64,000 nucleotides of DNA from Emiliania huxleyi CCMP1516. Its lineage: Eukaryota. The notes under the pieces are model-generated. The model was given only the letters and a program-made list of their open reading frames with translations, did not search any database and had not been told where the DNA came from. The stretch is from positions 496,001 to 560,000 of the forward strand of contig NW_005201192.1 in the NCBI RefSeq assembly GCF_000372725.1. The letters are read 5' to 3'. The position numbers and the translations under genes were made by a program. This document shows, in pieces, positions 21,683 to 38,662 of this stretch (the first letter of the stretch is position 1; each line of letters opens with the position of its first letter).

Positions 21683-23156
21683 TCAGGACGCCTCGTCGAC
21701 GACGACGTCGTCTTGCCCAGCCGCCTCCTCTCGACTGGCCCCGCGCTCCCCGCCCCACGGCCGCTCGTACTCGACGTGCTCGAGGCACAGCCCCGCCGCG
21801 GGCGCCGTCGGGCCCGCGGCGACGCGGTCGGCAGCGGCGAGTACTTGCTCGACGCTGCTCGCGCTCCTGCACCCGACGCCGACCTGCGCGGAGTCGAGTC
21901 CCGAGTGGCGGCAAGATGGCGCGAGCGGGGGCGGCTGTGCGGTGTGTCTCTGTGAGGAGGAGGGGTTGTTGGCGGCGGCCTGCAGGAGCGTGCCCGCGAC
22001 GATCCTCGCCATGTTGTACAGGAAACCGTCTCCCTCGAGGGTGATGGCGAGCCCCTCGCCCTCGCACCAGCGCACGTCGCAGCGGTGCAGCGTGCGCACC
22101 TGCCAGGCAGGGGCCAGTGAGGGGGTCGGAGCGGCTCACGACGGGGGAGGGGAGTACGCCTCTCGCGCGATGCTGCCGGGGAGAGGTGGTGCGGGGGAGG
22201 GGAGAGGAGAGGAGGGGAGGAGAAGCGAGGAGAAGCGAGGAGAGGGGAGGAGAGGAGGCGTGAGCACCGTGGTGCTGCGGCCGCCTTTGCTCTGGAAGGA
22301 TGCAAAGTCGCGCCTCCCCTCGAGCAACGCGCCTACGGTGCTCGCACGGGCCCCCGACGCTACACGCGCGGCGGCGGAGAGATGGCCCTCACACCAGCCT
22401 AGGGCCACCTGCGCGACGCATCGCCTCGACGTCGACGGTCCCGCACCCTCCCTCGCCGCCACCGGCCCTGTCCTCCCCCACGCCGCCCTCGCCGCTGCCT
22501 CGCGCCTCTTGGCAGACCCTCCGGCAGGCGGCGAGCACCGCAGCAGGCTCGCCTTCCACGCGGTACACATATCGCTTCCACAGGCACGCGCTCGTCGACG
22601 AGCCCTTGCGCGCCTAGCGGCCACGTCCTCGACGCGTCCACGACATGTCCACAGCCGCGATTGGCGACGAGCCCATTTCGCCGCGCGCCAGCGCAAGCGA
22701 CAGGCAGCGCACGTCGGGAGGCAAGGCCGCGTTGACGGCGCCGGTGAGAGCAGTCAGCGCCGTCGACTCGGGCAGGACGGCGTCGAACTGCGCCACCTGC
22801 CCGCGCGCCGAGACGCCGGCATCGGTGCGGCCCGCCGGCCAAAACTTGACCCGCTGCGCGAGCACCGGCCGCAGCCGCTCCTCCAGCACGCCCTCGACAG
22901 TCCTCAGCGGGCCGTCAGCCAGCTCCTGCTTCTGCCAGCCGTGGAAGCCGCCGCCCTCGTAGGAGAGGACCATCCAGTAGCGGCGGCAGCGTGGGTTGCG
23001 CCGATCGATCACGCCAGCAGCACGGGCACGGTGCTTCTCCTTACGGGCCTTGCGGGCCGCATAGATGGTCTCCCACTCCGCCTCTGTGCGCTCTGCGGCC
23101 CTGTCGCGGAGAGGCCCGTGCGCGTTCTTTGATGTGCCTGCAGCGGTGGATGCCAT
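21683..23156 (-). CDS. truA: tRNA pseudouridine(38-40) synthase, TruA family (multi-exon)
   Basis: LSYEGGGFHGWQ, AGRTDAGVSARGQV, LPPDVR, DFASFQ, GDGFLYNMARIVAGTL, TAPAAGLCLEHVEY motifs. Confidence 0.92.
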
Positions 23157-23340
23157 CTGTGGTCTCTGGCCGCAGCGGCCGCTGCGCCGCAGCGCCGCAG
23201 CACGCAGCAACGCACCGCGCACAGCACTTTCGTTTCTTTTCCCTGATCTCACGCCAAATTTGTAGAGCCCCAGCCTACTCCGCGTGAACTCTCGAGGGAT
23301 CTCGAGTTGCGGAGCTCCCAGCTGAGGGTTGTACGAACTC

Positions 23341-23481
23341 TGTTCACACAAAAACACAACCCGGACCCAAGACGCACAAGCACAGACAGTCGAGAAGGGA
23401 GAGACAGCAACGACAGTCAGAAGCCAGCGCTGGGTACCAAGGCGAATGCGATGACGGCCTCTAGTGTGAGTGTGAGTGAGT

Positions 23482-23562
<81 letters not shown>

Positions 23563-23679
23563 AGTGTGAGCTCTAGCTAGTGAGCTCATGTTCACAGCCT
23601 TGTTATTGAGAGCAAAATACCTTCCTCGACTGTCTGAGCTTGTGCGTCTTGGGTCCGGGGTTGTGTTTTTGTGAGAACA
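23341..23679. repeat. ~58-bp inverted repeat pair enclosing a (CA)n tract (MITE-like)
   Basis: 23341-23398 is a near-perfect reverse complement of 23620-23679; (CA)n at 23483-23559. Confidence 0.8.
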
Positions 23680-23755
23680 AAATACCTCGTATGGCGCTGT
23701 GCCCTGTGCGCTGTTCACACCGAGCTCCGAGCAGCGAGGCCTTTGCAACATATCT

Positions 23756-25809
23756 GAGGCAGTCGTCTGCCTCGCGGCGCACGAGCCCACCGGGCTCGTC
23801 GCGGTCGCCTTCGAGTCAGGCGCTTGCCACCTTCTCGCCACTCCGGCTGACACCGATTACGCGGACTCGACGCCGTCCGCCCTCTCCTGCCTCAGCGTCG
23901 GGCATCAGCGTGGCACGCGCTGCCTCGCCTTTGCCACCACGACCGCCACGGACGCCGTCGCGCTCGTGAGCGGCGGCGATGATGGCTGCGTGCACATTGA
24001 GACCTGCCACGTGAATAGTGCACGGGTCGCCGGTCGCGGCTGCCAGGACTGCCACGGCCAGGCCCAGGTGGCCACGTCAGCCCCGCGCGATTGCCCGATT
24101 GAGGCCGAGCGTGAGAGCGGGGCGACGACCAAGCGGCGCCGCCTCCTCATCGACGAGGTTGTCGCGGACTCGACCCACTGGGCGGTCCCGCTCGGCCGCT
24201 CCGTCTGCGTCGGCCTCCTCTCCTCCGGGCAGGCGGCTGCTCCGGCCTCCGTCACACCCTCTCTCTCTCTGGCCGATCCCCGACCTGGGGCGCCTAGGCA
24301 GCCACGGGACGCTGCCGCACGCGACGCCACTTCGTTGCACCTCTCCGCCTCTCCCTCCCCGAGGGCCCCTTCCTCCGCCTCTGCGTACCTCCGCCTCTCC
24401 CTCCCTCCGCCCCTCCCAGGCCGTCGCACGGCTCGGCCTCCTCGATCACGCCGTCGACGCTCTCCAGCTGGTGGCACCCGCCGGCACCGTCGCCGCGGCT
24501 ACCTTTGGCGGAGTCAGTCTGTGGGCTCGAGGCGGCGGCGGTGGCGGGGCGGGGGCAGCCAGCGGCGGCGAGGGCGAGTACGTGCCGGAGCACGCGTCAG
24601 AGTACGTGCCTCTGCCTCCGCGCGATCTCGCTGCGGCGCGCGGCGGCGCCGCTGCCTCCCTGCAGTGCGACGGCTGGGCGCGCTCGCTGGTCGCGTCGCC
24701 AGACGGCGCGTGGCTGGCGGCGTGGGTGGTCGTGGCCGGCCTCGACGCAACGGCCTCCTCCAAGCTGTGGCTGTGGCGCTGCGCCGACGGCAGCCCCTCC
24801 CCCACCCGCCCTCGGCCGAGCGACGTCCGCCACGTGTCCGCCACGTGTCCGCCACGTGTCCGCCACGTGTCCGCCACGTGTCCGCCACGTGTCCGCCACG
24901 TGTCCGCCACGTGTCCGCCACGTGTCCGCCACGTGTCCGCCACGTGTCCGCGATGTGCCATGTGCCCAGGCGCCGACTTTGAGTGCGGCGGCTTTGGAGC
25001 TCCGATTAGCGCGCTGGCGTGGCGGCCAGACTCGGCTTGTCTGGCGAGCTGCAGCGGCAGCGAGGTGCTGCTGTGGCGTTTCGGCGCCGCCACCGCCGCC
25101 GCCCGCTCCTCCGCCCTGCCTTCGGGTCCCGCCGGCCGCGCGCCACGACGGCATCCGCCGCCCTCTCCCGCCATCCATCGGACACGACCCGTGACACGTC
25201 CTCCCGCCATCCATCGGACACGACCCGTGACACGTCCTCCCGCCATCCATCGGACACGACCCGTGACACGTCCTCCCGCCATCCATCGGACACGACACGT
25301 GACACGTCCTCCCGCCATCCATCGGACACGACCCGTGACACGTCCGCGCGACTCGTCCCGCCAGGCTCGACGCTCGCGGCTCGCGGCGGCTCGTCTCGGC
25401 CGCGTTTCGCGCTGACGGGGCGTGGCTCGCTTGCGGCGCCAGCGACGGCTCGCTCCACCTCTTTGCTTGCGAGGACGGCGCCTCCGCCGCGAGGGTGATC
25501 CGGCCGGTGCAGCCTCGCCCCGCCGCCGCCTTGCGGCCGGCGCCTGCGGGGCGGGCGGCGGCGACTGCGCCAGAGCCGTTGGGGCTGGGCGCGGTCGAGA
25601 TGGTGCGCTGGCTCGGTGGATCGACCCTCCTCGCGAGTGGGCCCGGGGCGGTGGCGGTCGTGGCGTGCGTTGTGCCGCCGGAGCTCGAAAGCAACGCGGA
25701 GAGCACGGTGGCGAGCATGCGTGTGGAGCACTACCCTCCCGCGCCAGAGGGCGTCGCTGCGGTGCTCTGCACTGCCATAGGTGGAGGGTGGAGGATGGCG
25801 GAGGGATAG
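23756..25809 (+). CDS. WD40/beta-propeller-like protein (multi-exon, start uncertain)
   Basis: CLAF...LVSGGDDGCVHI, VAAATFGGVSLW, LVASPDGAWLA...KLWLW, ISALAWRPDSACLAS..EVLLWRF repeats across exons. Confidence 0.68.
24826..25345. repeat. Two intronic minisatellites: 11-bp (CCGCCACGTGT)n and a ~36-bp unit x5
   Basis: Arrays at 24826-24950 and 25165-25345 inside the WD40-like gene. Confidence 0.9.
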
Positions 25810-25877
25810 CAAGCATCCGTGCAAAATAAAGATAAGAAGTGGTCCCGCGCGCGCTGCCGCTGGGCCTGGGGGGGAAT

Positions 25878-26040
25878 AGGACCGCCGCAAGTGGCGTGGC
25901 GCGGGGGCGGTTGAGCATCCCTCCCGGCGGGGCCCCTCTGCGCCGGGCGGAGGCGTCGGGGCCCACTCCGCTAACGTACGCTCCGACCCGAAAATTCGTG
26001 GAGGGCCATGAAATTTAAGGTGTTGCTGCGCAAAAGGGGC
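25878..26040. repeat. Dispersed ~170-190-bp repeat, copy 1 of 3
   Basis: Matches 58152-58343 (same strand) and 62372-62530 (inverted). Confidence 0.85.
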
Positions 26041-27263
26041 GGGGCGCGGGCGCGCGCAGCCCGCCGAGAGCGCTCACTTTTTGGAGACCAGACCTTTCGA
26101 TGGTTCATGGATCATGCTTTCTATGTCTATCTATCATGCTTCATGACACGAACGCGGTGGTGGGAGCTGGTGGAGCTGTCAGCTGATCGATCCAAGCGGG
26201 TGGGGAGTGGGGGGCATGTGGCTGGGCATGCAGGTCCGCCTGTCCGCCAGTCGGCCCGGCCTCTGACGTGGTCCAGTTCGTGGTGCTGCCGCTGCATTCG
26301 CTGAAGAAGAGAGGTCCGACTTGATTGGAGGCACTGGAGGCGATGGGGGTGGCGAAGCCGAAAAGGGAAGGTTGGGCCGGGCCGTGAGGGGCTGATGGCG
26401 CTGGCCAGCGCGGGGTGTGAGATGCCGTCGTCGTCGTATACTGCTGGCCCTCGCCCTCAGTTGCCAGGGCTGTGGGCTGCAGAATTGGCGTCTGTGGCGT
26501 CTACAGGCTCTGCAGCGTGATGGCTGGCGGGACTGCGAGGCCGGCGGCAGCGGAAGGAGAGGCTGGGCACGAGCCGGGAACAGGCTGGCCAGGTCGGTCC
26601 GCAGGTGGCTGCGCTCGGGCGAGGCGCGCGCGCACATGGCAGGCCGAGCAGGCTCGGCATATGGTGAACCCCCGATGTCGCGATGCGGCCCGCTTTCCGC
26701 GATCATTTCGTCCGTCCAATCGAAGGAAGCGCCGGATCGCCCATGTTATGGAGTTTTAGCCAAACTTGCCCCGATGTTGTTAGGTTTTTCAGTGTACGTA
26801 CTTATAGCTTACTGGGAGAAAAGAGAGAGGGGGTTGTGTTCTCTAGGCCCCTAAGGGCCCTACGCGCGGCGTGAGAGCTCGGAAGCGAGCTTTGCACGGC
26901 GATCGAGGATGGCACGGTTCACCCCCTTCACCGAAGCGATGGAGATGCGTTCCGCGTGGTGTGACACAAATGAGAGGCGGGAGTGGGGAGGGTACGCGGT
27001 GCGGTGTATGTAGCTCTTACGTACATTCCCGGAGGAGGAATGCTGACGGGGGTTTCAGTGTATGTGGCTCTTCGTCCTTTTTTTGCACATGATTCGGATT
27101 TTCGCTATTTGGTCGTGTGGGTGTGTATTCCGACGCGGGCGGGCGCCTTGCGGCAGAGCCCTTAGCCACCCTTTGTCTTGCGCGGTCAAAATCGCAAACT
27201 GCAGCACCGCCGCGCTTCTGGGTCGACATCAACGCCTGTCGGGTCAAGAACAAGATTATCTAG

Positions 27264-29063
27264 ATGAAAACAGCGCGTATGGCACCTGCAGGCCTAGCGG
27301 CGACTGTGGCTGCTGCCGCCGCGGTGGCAGCCTACACGTGGCGCCGGCGCCAGCACGCCCGCCGCCGGCTCCGAGCCCACTGCTGGTGGGACGTGCCTCC
27401 TGGCCTACTCGCCGTGCTCGAGACCTCCGTCGACGTGTCCACCGTCGAGCTCACCGTCGGCGCCTCCGGCTGCCCGTCCGACGTTGAGGTTTGCGTCTTT
27501 CCCAACGCAGCCTGGGAGGCGCGCGTCGACGTGGATGGGCTCGCCTCGCTGGCTTCGCTAGTCGCCATTGTCGTCCCGTACGCCGGCATCATGCCGAAGC
27601 ACCTCGATCGCCTGAGGGCCATCCTCGGGGGCCGACTGGGCAGCACCGGCGAAGGCGGCGTCGCTCTCCACAACCTTCACCACAATGGCCCAATCACGGC
27701 TGAGGTGCGGATCCACGCCTTCGCCGCTACCACCCTCGCCGCCGCCCAGCCCGCCGCCGTACACGCCCCATATTCCATCCCACTCGCCCTTCTCCCGACT
27801 TGCGTGAGGAGCCTTCTGAGCAGAACGGCCTGATGGCGGCCGAGGCGACATCCCACAGACACATCGCGTCGCACCTTCCTCTGACCCACGCCTCCCCGTG
27901 TCTGCAGATGGCCATCGCCCTACTCCTCGCCGCCGCCAAGCGGCTGATCCCGGCAGACAGGCGGATACGACAGCACGACTGGCGGCCGCGCGGGCTTCCC
28001 TTTGCGGGCGCACAGGTGGCGCGCTCTCCCACCCGATGGCCAGGACCGGTGCAGTCGGCCTCACTCGGCTCACTCGGCCTCCACCCTTCGCAGGTGGATC
28101 CTCCCGAGCCGATGGTGATGCTCGACGGGCGCACCGCCCTCGTCCTGGGGCTCGGTGCGCGCGCCTCGGCGTGCCAAGCCGCGGGAGGTCGCCACGCTCT
28201 CACTCGGCCTCCTGTCCCAAGAGGTGGCGTCGGCAGCCGTGTCGCCGCCGTGTGCGCCGCCCTCGGCATGGCCGTCCTCGCCACGAAGCGAAGCGCGCGG
28301 CTGGGCGGCGAGGGCGGAGGGTCGGGCATCGAGGTGCACCACTGCAGGCCTGCATGTGGCGAGCAGTCCGCCCTCATGAGCAGGTGGGTGGCATGTGACT
28401 AGGTGCACCCGCCCGGCGCGCTGCGCGAGCTGCTACCGCGCGCCGACGCGCTGCTCGTCTGCCTTCCGGGGACGGAAGAGACGCGCGGGTGGGCGGCGGG
28501 CGGAAGCTTGGCGGTGGGCGCGGCGTCTCCTCACGCTTCGACCTGCGAGCAGGCTTATTGGCGCCGAGGAGCTCGCGCTGCTGCCGCGCCACGCCGTCGT
28601 TGTCAACGTGGGCCGCGGCGCCGCCGCTCGGCGAGGGCGCGCTGCGCAGGGGAGGGCCGCGCTTCACCCGCTCTTTGGCTGCGAGCAGGCGCCGTGATCG
28701 ACGAGCACGCCCTGTATGCGGCGCTACGGGAGGGGCGGCTGCACGGCGCGGGGCTTGACGTCTGGTGGAGCTACCCGGCGACGTATGAAGAGGCGCTGTG
28801 CACACCGCCCTCGGCCTTCCCGTACGGTTGGCTCCACCACGCGGCGTGTTTGATTGCAGCGAGCGTGGCACCGCTCACGCTGGCGTCGGTTGCGAACAGG
28901 CGAGCTCGACCGCGTCGTGCTCTCGCCGCACCGCGGAGGAGGCATCGGCGTCGCCGACCTCGAGCTCGCGCGAATGCGGCGCATCGGCGAGATGCTCAGC
29001 GCCGCCGGCCGGGACGGCGTGGAGAGGATGCCGCATCGGTGGGACTTTGGGCTCGGGTACTGA
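27264..29063 (+). CDS. D-isomer-specific 2-hydroxyacid dehydrogenase (multi-exon)
   Basis: [61 protein letters not shown] motifs. Confidence 0.9.
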
Positions 29064-29598
29064 CCCCCTCGCCTGGCGAACAGGCCCAGGGCTGCACACA
29101 CCTGGCACACACACATACCTCACACGAGCGCGCACACACACACTCTCTGACGACGACCGCGCTTGGAATGTTGGAATACTCGCATATAGAGCACAAGAGC
29201 TCGCTCATGAGCTCGCTCTACGACACGGCTCGTCTCTCAACTGCATGTCCAACTTCATGTCCATGTGTCTCCGCTTTGCATCGCCGGCCCATATGGCCAT
29301 GTCTGATGTCTCGTGACATGACGCGACGCGAACGCGCGAGCCACGAGGAGTCATGGGAGACAGAGTGTGTATATGTGAGAGTGTGTGTCATTCCCCACCA
29401 CAGGTCACCGCACATACATCGATGTGTTTGTGTTGTGAGCCCATGTAGCATGTTGCCATGATCTCATTTATTTTGATACACCGGCTTGCTTGTTTTCCGC
29501 CCTCCAGGTCCAGCCCCCTCCGGCCCCTTACAAAGTAGACCGGAGGGCTCTACGACGCCTTCACACTCCAGGGGGCTGCATTTGATGTACCACAACCA

Positions 29599-31770
29599 TC
29601 AAGTAGAGCATGAATGCGGTACAGATGCTCGCTCACGCACCGCATCGAGCAGAGCCAAGTGGCCGGCGAGGGAACGCTGCCGGAAAGTGCGTGCCACTCG
29701 CTGCCGCTCGCCAGAGAACGGCGCCTCGTCGTCGTCGACCTCGCCGATGGCGGCGACCGCCGCCTCGCAGCAGCGCTCCAGCAGCGCCAGCGCGCGCGCC
29801 TCGTTGTCCGCGGAGAGAGGCGCGTCGCCGCCCGCGCCGGGCAGGAGCAGCTCGCCGTCGTCCTGCACGGCGCAAAGCCGGGCGGTGGCGAGGAGGCGCG
29901 GCGGCAGGCTGGCCCTCGCAGGGCGCGGCGAGGTCCGCAGCGGCTGGGCAAGCCTCTCGCCGCCTGAGCCCCGAGGGGCCGGGGCTTCGCCCTCGAGAGG
30001 CGCCGGAGGGGCGAGCGGCGGGGCGAGAGGCGGGGCGAGCGGCGGGGCGGCCAGCTCGAGGTCGAGGTCGAGGCCGAGGTGGGCGGCGAGGAGGAGCACG
30101 CGGCCTACGCCTCGCACAACCTGGCGTCCTCCCGGCCAGCCTCGGGAGGGGAGGGTCGAGGAGGGCAGCTGCGCAGGCCGAGCAGGGAGGGCTCGGCGTC
30201 GAGCGCCTCGCAAGGCGGGAGGGAGAGGCGCAGCAGCAGCGGGGCGGCGCAGCAGCCCGGGTCCATGCCGTAGTGGAGCAGCATCGCCTGCGTCGCGGGT
30301 GTGCCGGGGCGGGAGTGGAGGCAAGGCGGCGGTGCGGGCCGGGCGTCGGGAGAGGGGCCGTGTCTTCCTGCGCGTCGAAGCGGCCGTAGCTGATGCACAA
30401 CTGCTCGCCCTCTCCGACAGGCGCCACGGCTCGCAAGCAGAGCCGCGCGCCGCCGCCGCTCCCCTCGACTGCGAGCTCGAGGTTCGGCGCGCAGCGGTGG
30501 TTGCAGAGGTCGAGGAAAGGCGCCAGCACGAGCGCCCCGCCGGGCAAGCCGGCGCCGGCCGGTGCGGGCAGCGAGATGGCTCGAGTGTCGAGGAGAGCCT
30601 TCGCCCAAGTCCAACGCTCCTCCGAGTAGGCACGCTCGACGAAGCCGCCGCCGCCGCCCTCGCCGCCGGGAGCGGCGGCTGCAGCCGCGGAGAGCGCCGG
30701 CGCGAGGCGTGGCATCAGCGTCTGGCGAAGCTCGGCCAGCTCTCCGCGCGAGGCATGCGCTGTCCAGTAGGCGTCTGTGCCGCCGAGGGCCTGCGGGCCG
30801 ATGGAGGGGCAGGGGGGGGGAGGGGCTGAGACGGCGTGTGCGACGAGGAGGGGAGGGAAGAGGAGGAGGAGGGGAGGGAGGAGGAGGAGGGAGGAGGAGG
30901 GAGGAGGAGGGAGGAGGGAGGAGGAGGAGGGAGGAGGAGAGAGGAGGAGGAGGGAGAAGCCGCCCCGCCGGCTGCCTCGAGCTCATCGTCGCTCCACGCG
31001 GAGGGAGGCACCCCCGCCCCATCGAGCCGCGGCAGCAGGCCGAGCCACGCCGCCAGCGGACTCGCCGCGCCGCGCCCTCTCTCTCGCATCAGGAGGTGCA
31101 TAACCAGGAGGTGGTCGCACCACTCGCCCTCCTCCTCGAGAGCGGCCACCACCGCCGCCGGCAGTTCGGCGCGCGCCGTCGCCCCGCTCACCAGAGACGC
31201 CGCCGGCAGCGACACCACCACCTCATCCGAGGCGATGGGCGACGCCGCCACGAGCCCTCGGCCACCAGCGGAACAGCCGACGACAGCGACTCGCTCGCCG
31301 CCGCCGCCGCCGAGGGCGGCAAGGAGGGCGCGAGCATTGGCGTCCGACGAGTGGCGGCGCAGCGGCATGGGCTCGACCTCCACGACACACAGAGCACGCA
31401 GCAGTTGCGCCACCTCTTCTGCAGGCACCGACGGTGAGAGGTCCGCCGCAGAGCCGGGGCAGAGAGCCCGTCGAAGCTTGGTGAGCGCCCGCCACTCGCT
31501 TGCTGCCGACGCGGGTGGCACGTCGGAACCAACGTCGAGCGGCGGGAGCGCCCAGAGCTCAGCCTCGCTCATCGCATGCAGCCGAGCGGCACTCAGCAGG
31601 CCGGGCGGGAGCGGTGCGGCGTCGCTGACGGCAAAGGCGGTGCCGAGCGCTCCGAGCGAGGAGAGCGCGGAGCGGCGAAGCGTCGATGGCCTCTCCGTCC
31701 AGGAAAGATGTCGCTCGTGGATTTGGTGGGCTCCACTGTGGGCGGCGCAAATCGTGGGAGGCGTCGCCAT
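29599..31770 (-). CDS. SET-domain lysine methyltransferase, Rubisco-LSMT/SETD3-like (multi-exon)
   Basis: GGRGLVA, WTWAKALLDTRA, LAPFLDLCNH, GEQLCISYG, MLLHYG motifs. Confidence 0.85.
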
Positions 31771-31976
31771 TGGAGTCCTCTCACAACACTGGCGCGATTG
31801 GAGCACTGCGCGCCGCAGAGGGAGCGTGGAGCACTGCGTGCTGCAGAACGCACTGAAAAAGAATTTTTGTCGCTCGTGCTCCAAGTGCTCCACGCCATCG
31901 CACTGGAACGCTGGTTGGTTGGGCCAAATAAGAGGGACGTGCGGAGGAGATTTGGAAAAAGAAAAAATGCACCCAA

Positions 31977-34146
31977 ATGGCGGAGATCGGCAGCCTTCCC
32001 CTAGCGGTGTGGAAAGCGGCCGGGCGAGGCGACGAGCGGCGCTGCTGTCGTGGCTCGAAAGCGGCGGGCGGGTCAATGCGACTTGCCGGGCGGGCGATGT
32101 GAGCGGCGTCACCGCGCTGATGCTCGCCGCCCAGGAGGGCCGCGAGCGGGTGGTCGAGCTGCTGCTTCAGCGCGGCGCGGAGATCAACCTGCAGAAGAGC
32201 GACGGCGGCACCGCGCTGATGCTTGCCGCCGCCAGCGGCCACGAGCGGGTGGTCGAGCTGCTGCTCCAGCGTGGCGCTGAGGTCGACATGCAGAGCAGCG
32301 CCGGCGCCACCGCGCTGATTCACGCCGCCTACAATGGCCACGTGCGGGTGGTCGAGCTGCTGCTTCAGCGCGGCGCGGAGGTCAACCTGCAAAAGAGCGA
32401 CGGCGGCACCGCGCTGATGCTCGCCGCCCAGGAGGGCCGCGAGCGAGTGGTCGAGCTGCTGCTGCAGCGCGACGCGGAGATCAACCTGCAGAAGAGCAAC
32501 GGCAGCACCGCACTGACAAGCGCCGCCTACAATGGCCACGAGCGGGTGGTCGAGCTGCTGATTCGGCATGGCGCGGATATCAACCTGCAGGACAGCAACG
32601 GCCTCACCGCGCTGATGACCGCCGCTGGCAACGGCCACGAGCGAGTGGTCGACTTGCTGCTTCAGCGCGGCGCGGATGTCACCTGCAGAAGAGCGACGGC
32701 TGGACCGCGCTGATGCTCGCCGCCAGCTACGGCCACGACCGGGTGGTCGAGCTGCTGCTGCAGCGCGGCGTGGAGATCAACAAGCAGAACAGCGACTGCT
32801 GGATCTCGCTGATGGCCGCCGCCGGCTACGGCCACCCCGCCACCGTGCTCCGCCTGCTGCGGGCGGGCGCGGATACGAAGCTGCGCTCTGCGAAGGGCGA
32901 GTCCGCGCTGCAGTACGCCAGGGAGCAGGGCCACAGCGAGTGCGTCGAGGCCTTCCGGCAGCACATCGCGGAGGTGATTGCTAACCACCGCGAGGCGGCG
33001 GCGGGCGGCGCGGGCGGCGCTATCTCGGGCGAAGCGGCCTCTTCCGGCTCGCTGGGCAACCTTCCCAGAGAGGCGGTGGACGCAGCTCTCCAAGGCGACG
33101 AGGCGGCGCTGTTGGCGTGGCTCGAAAGCGGCGGGTGGGTCAATGCGACTTGCCGGGCGGGCGATGTGAGTGTCACCGCGCTGATGCTCGCCGCCAACAA
33201 CGGCCACGAGCGGGTGGTCGAGCTGCTGCTTCAGCGCGGCGCGGATGCCAACTTGCAGAACAGCATCGGCTTCACCGCGCTGATGTTCGCCGCCGGCAGC
33301 GGCCACGAGCGGGCGATCGAGCTGCTGCTGCAGCGCAGCGCGGATGCTAACTTGCAGGATAGCGCCGGCGTCACCGCGCTGATGCACGCCGCTGGCAACG
33401 GCCACCCCGTGACCGTGCTCCGCCTGCTGCGGGCGGGCACGGATACGACGGCGTGCGATGCGGGCGGCAGGACGGCGCTTCAGATGGCCAAAAGCAAGGG
33501 CCACAGCGCGTGCGTGCGCGCCCTCGAGGAGCACGCGGCGGCGCAGGCAGCGGCGAGGGCGGTGGAGAGTGCGGCGGCAGAGGCGGAGGCGGCGCGGCAT
33601 GCCGAGGCGCTGCTGGCGGAGGAGGAGGCGGAGAAGGAGGCGGGGCGCGCCAAGGAGAGCAAGAAGGGGAAGAAGAAGAAGAAGAAAGGGAGGGGTGGCG
33701 GCGGAGGCGTTGGGCCGTCGCATGAGCCCGAGGATGAGGCGGGCGAGGCGGGAGAGGGCGAGGCGGCGGCGGCGGTAGAGGAGGCGGAGCTGGCGGCGGC
33801 GCTCGAGGAGAGCGCGAGGCTGGAGGGAGCGAGGCCGGTGGTGGAGGAGCGGACGCTTGTCACTGCGACCGAGGGCGGCTCGCCGTCGGCTGCAGAGGCG
33901 CCGGCTGCGAAGGAGGAGGAGGAGCCGCCGGCCGACTTCATCTGCCCGATCACAACCGAGGTCATGGTCGAGCCAGTCGTGGCGGCCGACGGGCAGTCGT
34001 ATGAGCGGACGGCGATCGAGCGCTGGCTCGCGACCAAGTCGACAAGCCCGCTGACCGGCGGCGAGCTCGAGCATAGCATTTTGATCCCGAACCACAACTT
34101 GCGCCGGACGATTCGAGAGTGGCAGGAGGCGCGGGCGTCACTTTGA
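31977..34146 (+). pseudogene. Ankyrin-repeat + U-box E3 ligase-like gene with two apparent 1-bp deletions (after 32036 and at ~32681)
   Basis: Many GxTALMxAAxxGHxRVVELLLQRGA repeats; C-terminal U-box FICPIT...DGQSYER..I..W...SPLT...LIPN..LR..I..W; frameshifts inferred by comparison with the gene's own repeats. Could be sequencing errors. Confidence 0.8.
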
Positions 34147-34601
34147 GCCCCCAGCCGGCGGCGAAGATTAGCATCTAGCGCAACGGGGGCAAGGGACCTA
34201 ACTACCAAGCGGTGCCCAAGCCCGCGCAGCGCAGCGCCGGGGAACGCGATCCTTCGCGAGCGTGCTTGTGGACGACAGACGGACCCCACACTTCCGCGTA
34301 CAGTGAAGCAGAGCCTGCGTTACACTAAACTGTTAGCGAAGAGGAAAAGAGGCTCTTGGAGCACTTGGAGTAAAGAAAGAAAGAAAGAAAACAGACAAAC
34401 CCAGACGAGGGATGGGGGAGGAGGACAGGGTCCCCACCTGCACGAGCAGGATTTTGGAAGGACGATCAGGGGGACAAATGGGGCTGAAGTGCTGTCAGCA
34501 ACGCGGAGCGATTTCTTGGCCGCTTCCCAGCCAGCTCGAGCAGCTCCCTCCGTTCCGCTCGCCGCTGCGAGCACCCGGGCTCACCGCTCGTTGCGTCCAG
34601 C

Positions 34602-38662
<4,061 letters not shown>

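Noticed and set aside
25165..25345. ~36-bp repeats as a CRISPR array
   Set aside because: Head-to-tail with no spacers, intronic, eukaryotic context.
30836..31976. N-terminal extension of the ankyrin ORF (625 aa)
   Set aside because: Antisense to the SET gene and its intron; the real start is near 31977.
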